In this document: one piece after another, positions 7,478 to 15,999 of the stretch | Position numbering within the stretch: the stretch's first letter is position 1 | How the letters are laid out: each line of letters starts with the position of its first letter | Assembly: GCA_021654395.1 (NCBI GenBank) | Contig: AP024486.1 | Location: 630,001 to 662,000, forward strand | Reading direction: 5' to 3' | DNA from: Candidatus Saccharimonadota bacterium | GTDB lineage: Archaea > Micrarchaeota > Micrarchaeia > Micrarchaeales > Micrarchaeaceae | Length of the DNA: 32,000 nt | Notes under the pieces: model-generated | What the model saw: only the letters and a program-made list of their open reading frames with translations | What the model was told of the DNA's origin: nothing | The model's database searches: none | Translations under genes and position numbers: made by a program

Positions 7478-9154
7478 TTAAATATCCCTATAGCTATCTA
7501 TAAAGCCCGTTAATGACTTAAGGTATGTAATTAGGCTTATATCTCCAGCTTCTGGATACTTACTTATACTACCATCTATAGAAGCTTCATCAAGATCCCT
7601 TAACTTTATCTCATTGATTCTCTTACCTCTATCAATCTCTGAGATAACCTTATCTAATATCCTAAATACATTCTTTTTATGCTGCTTAGTATCTCTATTG
7701 AAGTCTATCTGCAATATAAAGCTAGCCGATTCTATAAGATCTGTTAGGCTATTAAACTCTATTGAATCAGAACTTATAGCTCTGATTGCATAGTCTATAA
7801 GCAGATGACATCTAAAGAGATTTGCGCCATAATCCTTAGCTATATTAACTTTAGCATCTTTATTATGTGAATATATAGATGCTATATTATACAGTAGCTT
7901 AACAGATCTAATAGCTACATCCTCATTGTATCCATTAGCAAGCTGGATTAGGCTTATGGCTTTCTTTATAATATCGACATTTAAAGCAGATCTCAATCCA
8001 GAGTATTCTCTACCTACAAGATTAACTATCTTAGAGAGCGCAACAGTCTCTATATAGGATAGCTCGTATAATCTTGTACCATTGAATGCTTCAAGGTACT
8101 GCTTTGCTATCTCTGTGCTATCTGTTATATAAAGCAGATTGAAGTAGAATCTAATAGGATTAACTGGTTTATGATACTTATAATCCTCGCCTTCTATTAT
8201 AGATATATACTGCTCAAGCCTGCTCTTATATCCATCATAGATATCTCTATCGTACATCTCCTCTATATCCTTAACTATACTAGAATGTCTATCTATAAAT
8301 CTCTCATCTATCTGCTCTAAAGCATCTGTCAGCTCCTTTACAAGAAGCTTCTTACTATCTAGAGTTAATCTAAGTATAGAGCTAAGGGCCGTGGCAGCTG
8401 CCCTTTTATCTTTATTAGCGATTAAGCTTATATGAGCGCTTAGTGCATCTACTGTATCCTTAATCAGATCTCTAGACCTTAATATATCTTCCTTATATAT
8501 AATCAATCTTTGTAGATCGGTGTTTCTATCTATAGAATCCAATATAGATTCATAGAATCTATTTCTTATTATGGTGCTACTGATATTACTTTTCTCAATA
8601 GTATTCAAGAAGAATCTCTGCTGCTCTATATAAAGATCCCTAAGCTCTTTTAGGAGATCTAGCCTCTTACCATAATCTTTATCTGAGATGCCAAGTATGC
8701 CATCTTCTAAATTTAAGTAATATAAAACTTTATTGATAAAGTTGAGATCTTCTATAACATGGAGCTTACCTATTCTACCTTTTTTATAAGTATTATTTAA
8801 TGATTCTATAATATCTATAACAGCCCTGATCGGCGACCTATCTTTCAATCTCTCTAATGCCTTACTATCATTACTAAGCTTAGAGATTCTTCTAAAAGAT
8901 CTAATAGTTAGATCTACAGCATTACCTATTGTATCATGTATGCTATCATCTATTATACGTATGCTGCTGCCAAATGTTATGCAGCTATCAGATAGTACCT
9001 TTCTGAAGCTTTCGTCTTTTATTATACTTAGTATATAACTCTTTAACTTCTTCGGATACTTGCTATTAGATATATCATACTCTAGTAGCTCTAACTCAGA
9101 GTTAAGTCTGACTAAGGCACTCAGATCCTTCTTAGCAAAGCTTTTAAATCCCAT
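7478..9154 (-). CDS. hypothetical large all-alpha protein (558 aa)
   Basis: ATG at 9152-9154. Long uninterrupted ORF with helix-rich, repeat-like composition, no TM segment and no recognisable catalytic motif. Confidence 0.75.
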   Translation of the reverse strand: MGFKSFAKKDLSALVRLNSELELLEYDISNSKYPKKLKSYILSIIKDESFRKVLSDSCITFGSSIRIIDDSIHDTIGNAVDLTIRSFRRISKLSNDSKALERLKDRSPIRAVIDIIESLNNTYKKGRIGKLHVIEDLNFINKVLYYLNLEDGILGISDKDYGKRLDLLKELRDLYIEQQRFFLNTIEKSNISSTIIRNRFYESILDSIDRNTDLQRLIIYKEDILRSRDLIKDTVDALSAHISLIANKDKRAAATALSSILRLTLDSKKLLVKELTDALEQIDERFIDRHSSIVKDIEEMYDRDIYDGYKSRLEQYISIIEGEDYKYHKPVNPIRFYFNLLYITDSTEIAKQYLEAFNGTRLYELSYIETVALSKIVNLVGREYSGLRSALNVDIIKKAISLIQLANGYNEDVAIRSVKLLYNIASIYSHNKDAKVNIAKDYGANLFRCHLLIDYAIRAISSDSIEFNSLTDLIESASFILQIDFNRDTKQHKKNVFRILDKVISEIDRGKRINEIKLRDLDEASIDGSISKYPEAGDISLITYLKSLTGFIDSYRDI

Positions 9155-9347
9155 ACAATCACTAGGCTGCTAATTATGCAACAGTTAAATATAATAGATA
9201 GCTAAGAGCAGTTTAGCTTAATAACTATACTTATTACTAAACTCTTATTTAGATCTTTAAGCCCTTATCCTATTTTATATATCTTATTAATCAAATTCTT
9301 TAAGTAGAGACTGGTATATTAAGCCTTTCATTTAATAATAGAAGTAG

Positions 9348-9650
9348 CTATATCATCTTCTTAAATATCATTGTCCTTAGTATCTTTGTAGCTAGTTGCT
9401 CTCCTTCCTTTGTTATTCTATACTCAACTCTCTTTGGATTATCGCTTATAGTATACTTCTTTAATATACCCTCTTTCTCAAGAAATTTAAGATCTCTTAC
9501 TAACGGAGTTGGATTAACATCTATTATCTCTTTTATAGCATTAAAGCTCATAGGCCACTTCATTATCCTGCATATAATATTTAGCTGCCTCTTAGTCAGT
9601 CTTACTCTCTTGCCTTTTACCTCTATTATATAGACCTTATTGCTTAGCAT
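9348..9650 (-). CDS. winged-helix transcriptional regulator (HxlR/ArsR-like)
   Basis: ICRIMKWPMSFNAIKEIIDVNPTPLVRDLKFLEKEGILKKY..PKRVEYRITKEGEQL matches the wHTH pattern ending in the wing motif (R)VEY.(L/I)T.(K/E)G. The start was moved from 9695 to the ATG at 9650. The first 15 codons are hydrophobic filler, and a TTTATAATAATAATATTT box (9661-9678) would then sit 11-28 nt upstream. Confidence 0.65.
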   Translation of the reverse strand: MLSNKVYIIEVKGKRVRLTKRQLNIICRIMKWPMSFNAIKEIIDVNPTPLVRDLKFLEKEGILKKYTISDNPKRVEYRITKEGEQLATKILRTMIFKKMI

Positions 9651-9831
9651 AATACCTATTTTTATAATAATAATATTTAAAAGCCTTAATCGCATACTTA
9701 TCTAAAAGTATAGTAATATTAACTATTCATATATCCAAACATACATTCAATGGCTCTCTATAGAGATATATATACAATTATAGAAAAGTATTTTAATAGT
9801 TTAAGATTTCTATTTATAAATAAGTGATGGT

Positions 9832-11211
9832 ATGTATAAGGACCCAGAGAATATACTGCCGAGATTGGATGGCCTATACGAAGGATTAGAGTATGGAAGT
9901 AGTATGGAAGTAGAGAATATAAGAAAGGATAGAAGTCTTATAGAAGAGTCAATAAAGAAGAGAAAGCTCGACCTTTCTGTTTTAGATAGATTCTATGATA
10001 AAGATAAGGAATGGAGATCTTTAGTAAAAGATCTTGATGCATTAAGAGCAGAGAAGAATAGAATATCTGAGCAGATAAACAAGAATAGAGACAAGAGAGA
10101 TGAGCTAATTAAGAAGGCATCTGAGCTAGATAGCAGAGTCAGAGAGCTGGAGGAGAAAGAGAGAAGAGTATCGGAAGAAAGAGAGAAGGCATTATTCTCA
10201 TTGCCAAATCTGGTACATCCAAAGTGGCCCTTGGATAAGGAAGAAGAGGTATTTGTCTATGGAAAGCCAAAGGTACTAAAAGCTAATGAAGAGGATTTTA
10301 TAAAGCAGTTTGGAAGCAGAGATCATATAATAGCTAATAATGTAATGAGCCAGTATGATATAATAAGAGAGTATGATCTAGCGGATGAAGAGAGAGGATC
10401 TGAGCTTGCTGGACCAAGATTCTACTATATGAAGAACGATCTTGTACTTCTAGATAATGCTCTTGCTTTATACGCATTAAAGATGCTAAGAGAGCAGGGC
10501 TTCAAGATGGTAATACCTCCTTATCTAGTAAAGCGCTATGTAGAAGAGAGAGCAACATCTTTCGATGCCTTTGAAGAGACATTATATAAGATAGAAGGAG
10601 AGGATCTATATCTGATACCTACTGCTGAGCATCCGATAGCTGCTTATAATGCGGATAGGCTACTTGATGAGGATGAGCTTCCATTAAGATATGGCGGATT
10701 CAGCGCATCTTTTAGAAAGGAAGCAGGAGCTCACGGCAAAGATACAAAAGGCATATTCAGAAATCATCACTTTAATAAAGTAGAGCAGTATATAGTATGC
10801 AAGAAGGATCAAGTAGAGGCAGAGCTTAACAGAGTTATGAACAATCAGGCAAGACTTATCAGAGATCTTAATATACCATTTAGAGTAATAAAAGTTCCAG
10901 CATTTGATATGGATAAGAAGGCATTATTCCAGTTTGATATAGAGGGCTGGTTCCCAGCTCAGAATAGATACAGAGAGCTAGGAAGTCATGCAAGTGTTGG
11001 CACATGGCAGGCAGTCAGATTCAATATAAAGTACTATGATAAGAATGAGAAGGAGAAGAGATATGTGCATACTATTTATAGCACATTAGTACCTATAGAG
11101 AGAATGCTATCTGCATTGCTTGAGAATAACCTACAAGAGGATGGAAGAATAGTAGTTCCGAAGGTCTTAGCAGATCTTGTTGGATTTGATGAGATAAAGC
11201 CAGTAAGATGA
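9832..11211 (+). CDS. serS: seryl-tRNA synthetase (class II)
   Basis: N-terminal coiled-coil arm. Class II motif 2 FRKEAGAHGKDTKGIFRNHHFNKVEQ and a C-terminal motif 3-like region. The typical SerRS N-terminus aligns better from the internal ATG at 9904 (MEVENIRKD), so the start is ambiguous. Confidence 0.93.
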   Translation: MYKDPENILPRLDGLYEGLEYGSSMEVENIRKDRSLIEESIKKRKLDLSVLDRFYDKDKEWRSLVKDLDALRAEKNRISEQINKNRDKRDELIKKASELDSRVRELEEKERRVSEEREKALFSLPNLVHPKWPLDKEEEVFVYGKPKVLKANEEDFIKQFGSRDHIIANNVMSQYDIIREYDLADEERGSELAGPRFYYMKNDLVLLDNALALYALKMLREQGFKMVIPPYLVKRYVEERATSFDAFEETLYKIEGEDLYLIPTAEHPIAAYNADRLLDEDELPLRYGGFSASFRKEAGAHGKDTKGIFRNHHFNKVEQYIVCKKDQVEAELNRVMNNQARLIRDLNIPFRVIKVPAFDMDKKALFQFDIEGWFPAQNRYRELGSHASVGTWQAVRFNIKYYDKNEKEKRYVHTIYSTLVPIERMLSALLENNLQEDGRIVVPKVLADLVGFDEIKPVR

Positions 11212-11302
11212 TTTTGCATTAATTATATACTTTTATTACTCTTCTTTGTATATTTAAAAAATTATAAAAATTCTCCTTCTTAATAAGATATAGGTGTATA
11301 AG

Positions 11303-11941
11303 ATGGCTGAAGTAGATAAATCTCTTTTTAAAAGATACGAGCTGCCACAGCTACCATACAGCTTAGATGCGCTAGAGCCATATATTAGCAGAGATATACT
11401 GGATGTACATTACAATGGGCATCATAAAGGCTATGTAACAGCAGTTAATAAGCTAATAGACAGGTATGAGAGCATTCTAAAGGGAGATGTAACGAGCTAC
11501 GATATTCAAGGAATTGTAAGAGGAATAGTCTTCAATCTAAATGGGCATAAGCTTCATGCATTATACTGGAAGAATATGGCACCAGCAGATAAGAATAGAG
11601 GAGGGCCTGGAGGCGTACTAGCAGATAAGATAAACAAGCAGTTCAAGAGTCTAGATAACTTTAAGAAGATACTATTAGAGACAGCAAACTCTCTGCCAGG
11701 GACTGGTTGGACAGCAGTAACATATGACTCAGAGACAGATAATCTTAATATAATAACAATAGAGAACCACTTCATGAATCATATAGCAGAGCTACCAATA
11801 GTTATAATAGTGGATGAGTTTGAGCATGCTTACTATCTGCAGTATAAGAACAAGAGAGCAGATTACGTAGATGCTTGGTGGAAGCTTATAAACTGGGATG
11901 ACGCAGAGGAAAGGCTCAGAAAGGCTATAAACAGAGCCTAA
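11303..11941 (+). CDS. sod: Fe/Mn superoxide dismutase
   Basis: [39 protein letters not shown] and [19 protein letters not shown] are hallmark Fe/Mn-SOD motifs, closely resembling the crenarchaeal SOD as I recall it. The ORF-track start 11294 is GTG; the ATG is at 11303. Confidence 0.95.
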   Translation: MAEVDKSLFKRYELPQLPYSLDALEPYISRDILDVHYNGHHKGYVTAVNKLIDRYESILKGDVTSYDIQGIVRGIVFNLNGHKLHALYWKNMAPADKNRGGPGGVLADKINKQFKSLDNFKKILLETANSLPGTGWTAVTYDSETDNLNIITIENHFMNHIAELPIVIIVDEFEHAYYLQYKNKRADYVDAWWKLINWDDAEERLRKAINRA

Positions 11942-11993
11942 TATCTTTTTATTTTCTTCTATCGCTCTTTCTTTAGCTTAAAAGGATAAAGAT

Positions 11994-13970
11994 TTAGCTA
12001 GAGCTATTTGGAGGTATATAGTTAAACTCCCAGTTATTAGAATAAGAGACATTATAGGCCACTCCATTATTTTCATTGCCGCTATAGTCATTAGGGCTTC
12101 CATCTAGAGGCCACCAAGCTACAAGACTTCCTTTATCGACTGGAGCTCCGCTTATGCCCTCTAGATATAGCTGCTTTATCTGCTGTCTAGATAGAGAGCT
12201 ATTATATAGCTGTATATTCGCAATATAGCCGCTGAATCCACTATCACATGCAGAATCTGGATTAGCTCCTAAATATGTTATGCTTCCATTGCTCATATCT
12301 ATCTGCTGATTATACTGATAAGAGCCTGCGGGCACTCCATCTATATAGAAGCTTACATAGCTACCATTATAAGTAGCTACTATATTGACCCACTTGTTAT
12401 AAGGCACTGTTGAAGAGCTAAATAGATTTGTCTGAGATAATCCTGTGTTCCATAGCTCAAGCATTACTCTGTTTGGAGACCAGCTGCCACTAACTCCAAA
12501 TCTATAGAATGGTATACTATCTACAAAAGCTATCTCGCATTCATTACTCTGCTTTTGGTAGATCCATGCAGAGACCGTAATCTTATTATTTGAGTATATA
12601 GAGTCTAAAGAGCTCGAAGGCTTAACCTGTATATTCTCTGAGGATAAGCCGTTAAAGGAGGCGACATACTCTGGTAATCCATTAATACATGGAGCATCCG
12701 TCTTAAAGTATCTGTTTGAATAACAATCTTTACTATTCTGAGTGTATCCTGCTAAAAGTACCTTGGCTAAATCTATATAGCTTACATCATTAGAATCGTT
12801 TGTATATACTAATCCTATATTATATACATTACTATATGAGTAGTTGCATATAGCATCTATCTTATAGCTAGAATCTGCTACTATAGTTGTACCATAGCTC
12901 ATATTGCTTTTATATAGATAGCCATTATTATAAGCTAATGGATAGCTATTGCCATTGCATATTAGCTCTACATTGCCTATATACTTAGATCCTGTAACTC
13001 TTATAGGCATATCTAATACTATGTTATAGCTGCCATTATCATAGCTGATATCTGTTATATTGCATATAGATCCATTATACTCTAGACAGCCATAGGCTGC
13101 ATAGTTATATGTATAGTTATCTACTCCTCTAAACTGCATTATCTGGTATGTAGTATTGTATGAGGCATTTGCTATATATCTAAGCTCACCATGTAGACTA
13201 TAGCTATCGCCGCTACTATTCAGTGATCCATTTATATATACAAAGCCATTATTACAGCTAACTCTAAGATTAATAAATGCATATCTTTCATATATGCTAC
13301 TTCCTTGTATATAGAGAGCTATGGGCTTGCTTATATTATAGCTGCAGCTTGAGTTCAGATCAACAGATCCATTAAATATATTAACCACATCCTCTAAAAG
13401 ACCGTAGTATCTTAATCCTTTTATATATCTATAGCAGTAGCTGTTCATATAAGAGTTAGTATAGTAGGATCTATAGCATATATATGGAGTATTATTGCTA
13501 TATGCTATAGCTTCTGATCCGATATAGCTGTTATTATATAAGCTAATACCGACTATACTTCTATTTATATAGTTAATATATAGGTTATATCTAGAGCCGT
13601 TAATATCTATGTATCCTGAGTAGAGCTCTGTTGTATTATAACTCCTCACACTATTTATAATACCAGATATATTATCTGACTTTAAAGGCGCGATGCTATT
13701 TGCAACCTTATCTGAAGCTTTACTAATATGTATATGACTCTTTATAAGCATTATTACTGCAGCAAGCATTATAATAAGAATTATAATGATTATAGGCTTA
13801 GTTTGTATATTTATCTCTCTCTTCTTTGGTTTATCCTGTGGATTAGGCTTCTCTAATCTAGTTATATAGCCTTCCTTATCAACTGCTACTGGAACATACT
13901 CCTCTATACTTGTAACTATATCTTCATTACTATTCTGTTTCTCTTGATTACTGCCATCTGATATCTTCAT
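11994..13970 (-). CDS. type II membrane-anchored surface glycoprotein with C-terminal LamG/concanavalin-like domain (658 aa)
   Basis: ATG at 13968-13970. Cytoplasmic N-terminus of about 60 aa, then a single TM segment (PIIIIILIIMLAAVIMLI). The ectodomain is Asn/Tyr/Ser/Cys-rich, with about 25 N-x-S/T sequons by my count. The C-terminal segment VSAWIY..WVNIVATYNGSYVSFYIDG..GYIANIQLYNSSLS fits the LamG jelly-roll pattern. Confidence 0.8.
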   Translation of the reverse strand: MKISDGSNQEKQNSNEDIVTSIEEYVPVAVDKEGYITRLEKPNPQDKPKKREINIQTKPIIIIILIIMLAAVIMLIKSHIHISKASDKVANSIAPLKSDNISGIINSVRSYNTTELYSGYIDINGSRYNLYINYINRSIVGISLYNNSYIGSEAIAYSNNTPYICYRSYYTNSYMNSYCYRYIKGLRYYGLLEDVVNIFNGSVDLNSSCSYNISKPIALYIQGSSIYERYAFINLRVSCNNGFVYINGSLNSSGDSYSLHGELRYIANASYNTTYQIMQFRGVDNYTYNYAAYGCLEYNGSICNITDISYDNGSYNIVLDMPIRVTGSKYIGNVELICNGNSYPLAYNNGYLYKSNMSYGTTIVADSSYKIDAICNYSYSNVYNIGLVYTNDSNDVSYIDLAKVLLAGYTQNSKDCYSNRYFKTDAPCINGLPEYVASFNGLSSENIQVKPSSSLDSIYSNNKITVSAWIYQKQSNECEIAFVDSIPFYRFGVSGSWSPNRVMLELWNTGLSQTNLFSSSTVPYNKWVNIVATYNGSYVSFYIDGVPAGSYQYNQQIDMSNGSITYLGANPDSACDSGFSGYIANIQLYNSSLSRQQIKQLYLEGISGAPVDKGSLVAWWPLDGSPNDYSGNENNGVAYNVSYSNNWEFNYIPPNSSS

Positions 13971-14041
13971 GCATATCTCTAGATGAATATAATATCTCTA
14001 TAGCCTTCTTGATATAAATATCTTTCTCTTTATCTAAGGCT

Positions 14042-15256
14042 TCAATCTTTGACTATTGTTAATACTCCAGCGTACTCGGGCTTTATATACCTTGATGATA
14101 GCTCTGATATATCATCATAGCTTATCTCATCAATCTCAGAGTCTAGATCTATAAGATCTTCATTAGTTATATTAACTATATCGGATACAAGATCTGCTAT
14201 ATAAGCGCTATCTTCCTTAAACATCTTGTATGAGAACTTATAGTTGCTCTTGTAAACATCAAATTCACTTCTATTTATATCAAAGTACTCAAAGCTCCTT
14301 ATAACAGACTCTATAGCCTCTCTGGCTACTCTAAGCTTTCCTAGATTTGTTGCTATATAAGTATGTATAAATGATATATATCTAGAGAAGGTAAAGCTTA
14401 CCTTAGGTGTATATATAAGGCCTCTCTCTGCTCTTATATCCTTAAATAGCTTATGCGTTATAATCCTTCTTAATATCTCTATACCAATATAAGACTTTAA
14501 GCTGCTAATATCTTGCAATCTAAAGTTATAAGAGATAACTGCTTGGTTTGTGTATGCTCTCTTTATTATTATTGACTTACTGCGCTCTTTGGGTATTATC
14601 GGCTCTTGCTTGCTATGAGCAGTAAGCTCATTCACTCCCATATACCTTTCTAAGTAGCTCTGAGCGTCATCTTTAGAAAGCTTGCCCACAACTATTATCT
14701 CTATATTATCCTTACTTAATAAAGCCTTATATCTATTATATAGCCTCTCTCTTGAGATATGCTCTACATTATATATAAGTCGCTCTATAGGAGGAGCAAG
14801 ATCTCTGCTAAAGTATATGGTATTTAGAGATCTATAGGCAGCGAATCTGTCTAGCTTATAGTTTCTCTCGAGAAGCTCGTTTATAACAACATTCCTCTCT
14901 GTTAAGAGATATCTCTGATCTATTACAGAGTTAAATAGAATATCCGCAGTTATATCTAATATGCTATTAAGCATATCTCTATGAAAGTCTAGGCTTAATG
15001 TTATATAGTCATAAGATGTCGATGCATTCCAGTGCGCACCTGTAGAGTCTAGATCCTTTAGTATACTATAATAATTCCTCTTTGATGTTCCTTTAAATAG
15101 CATATGCTCTATTATATGACTTATCTCTCTATCTTCTAGTCTCTCAAATAGCCAGCCACCATTTAGCCTTACTCTTACTGATATATTGTCTGATTCATTA
15201 TATACAAAGTAGCATCTTATACCATTGCTAAGGCTAAATCTCTCAATATTATACAT
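14042..15256 (-). CDS. M16 (pitrilysin/insulinase) family zinc peptidase
   Basis: The inverted zinc motif HxxEH is present in SHIIEHMLFKGT, followed by the GAHWNASTSYDYT region typical of M16. 404 aa, no signal peptide. Confidence 0.85.
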   Translation of the reverse strand: MYNIERFSLSNGIRCYFVYNESDNISVRVRLNGGWLFERLEDREISHIIEHMLFKGTSKRNYYSILKDLDSTGAHWNASTSYDYITLSLDFHRDMLNSILDITADILFNSVIDQRYLLTERNVVINELLERNYKLDRFAAYRSLNTIYFSRDLAPPIERLIYNVEHISRERLYNRYKALLSKDNIEIIVVGKLSKDDAQSYLERYMGVNELTAHSKQEPIIPKERSKSIIIKRAYTNQAVISYNFRLQDISSLKSYIGIEILRRIITHKLFKDIRAERGLIYTPKVSFTFSRYISFIHTYIATNLGKLRVAREAIESVIRSFEYFDINRSEFDVYKSNYKFSYKMFKEDSAYIADLVSDIVNITNEDLIDLDSEIDEISYDDISELSSRYIKPEYAGVLTIVKD

Positions 15257-15289
15257 ATATTAAAATCTTAATAAAAAAGCTTTAATTAC

Positions 15290-15988
15290 TTATCTCTTTC
15301 TCTTTGATGCTTTTCTACTTCTGGATCTCTTACTTTTACTTTTGCCTTTTACTGCTCTCTTTGATACTTTTATCGATGAATAACCTGGCTCTTTTATATT
15401 AAGCATATTTCTAAGCTCGTGCTTCTTAAGATATCTCTCTTCCTCATAAGTCTCTCTACGCTTATGTGCATGATGTACTATCATGTATGCTATATAAGCT
15501 ATTATAAGTATGGCTGCTATTAATACAACTAATGGAGCTATCAGACTTTGTGGCTTAGATATAGTTATACTAAACTGCTTTGCAACGCCATATCCTATGC
15601 TTACATATGTTGCATTATATGTAACATTATTAATTATCTTTGCTATAAGTATGCCCTCCCATTCTTTGCCAACATCTCTATAATCATTCGGCGCTTGTAC
15701 AGTAACTCTTATATTTATATAGGATCTTGGGCTTATATAGCCGTTAGAAGGATATATTGATACAGCAGGCGTTGTAGTATTTGTTATATTTGATATATAG
15801 TCTAATGAAGCCACATAGTATAATGTTGAATTTCCCTGATTTATTATTGTCCAGTTTAGGGATTCTTTATGACCCAGTGTTACATTAAAGTTTAAAGGAC
15901 CGGCTATCTCCCCTATCTGAGCATTAGATATAGAAAATGCAAATATAATGAAAATTAAAGGGATCAGCTTAGCGAAATCTTTGTTCAT
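15290..15988 (-). CDS. signal-peptide protein with Ig-like (MSP/PapD-like pattern) ectodomain, C-terminal TM anchor and highly basic tail
   Basis: The ORF-track start 16006 is TTG; the ATG at 15988 gives MNKDFAKLIPLIFIIFAFSISNAQ, a good signal peptide. LNFNVTLGHKESLNWTIINQGNSTLYYV..VSIYPSNGYISPRSYINIRVTVQAP has the strand pattern of MSP/PapD-like Ig domains. The TM segment is LIAPLVVLIAAILIIAYIAYMIV and the tail is KGKSKSKRSRSRKASKRKR. Confidence 0.7.
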   Translation of the reverse strand: MNKDFAKLIPLIFIIFAFSISNAQIGEIAGPLNFNVTLGHKESLNWTIINQGNSTLYYVASLDYISNITNTTTPAVSIYPSNGYISPRSYINIRVTVQAPNDYRDVGKEWEGILIAKIINNVTYNATYVSIGYGVAKQFSITISKPQSLIAPLVVLIAAILIIAYIAYMIVHHAHKRRETYEEERYLKKHELRNMLNIKEPGYSSIKVSKRAVKGKSKSKRSRSRKASKRKR

Positions 15989-15999
15989 ATTTAATAATT

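Noticed and set aside
9200-9218. Hairpin or palindrome AGCTAA-7nt-TTAGCT between the wHTH gene and the 558-aa orphan, considered as an operator.
   Set aside because: On recounting it is only a 6-bp A/T-rich stem, which is easily expected by chance at this base composition.
9832-9903. A 24-codon N-terminal extension on seryl-tRNA synthetase.
   Set aside because: This is probably just start-codon ambiguity. The canonical SerRS N-terminus aligns from the internal ATG at 9904. There is no evidence for a functional extra domain.
14042-15256. M16 peptidase as the dedicated processing protease of the neighbouring secreted proteins.
   Set aside because: The peptidase has no signal peptide or TM segment, so it is probably cytoplasmic. 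Co-orientation alone does not support a functional link.
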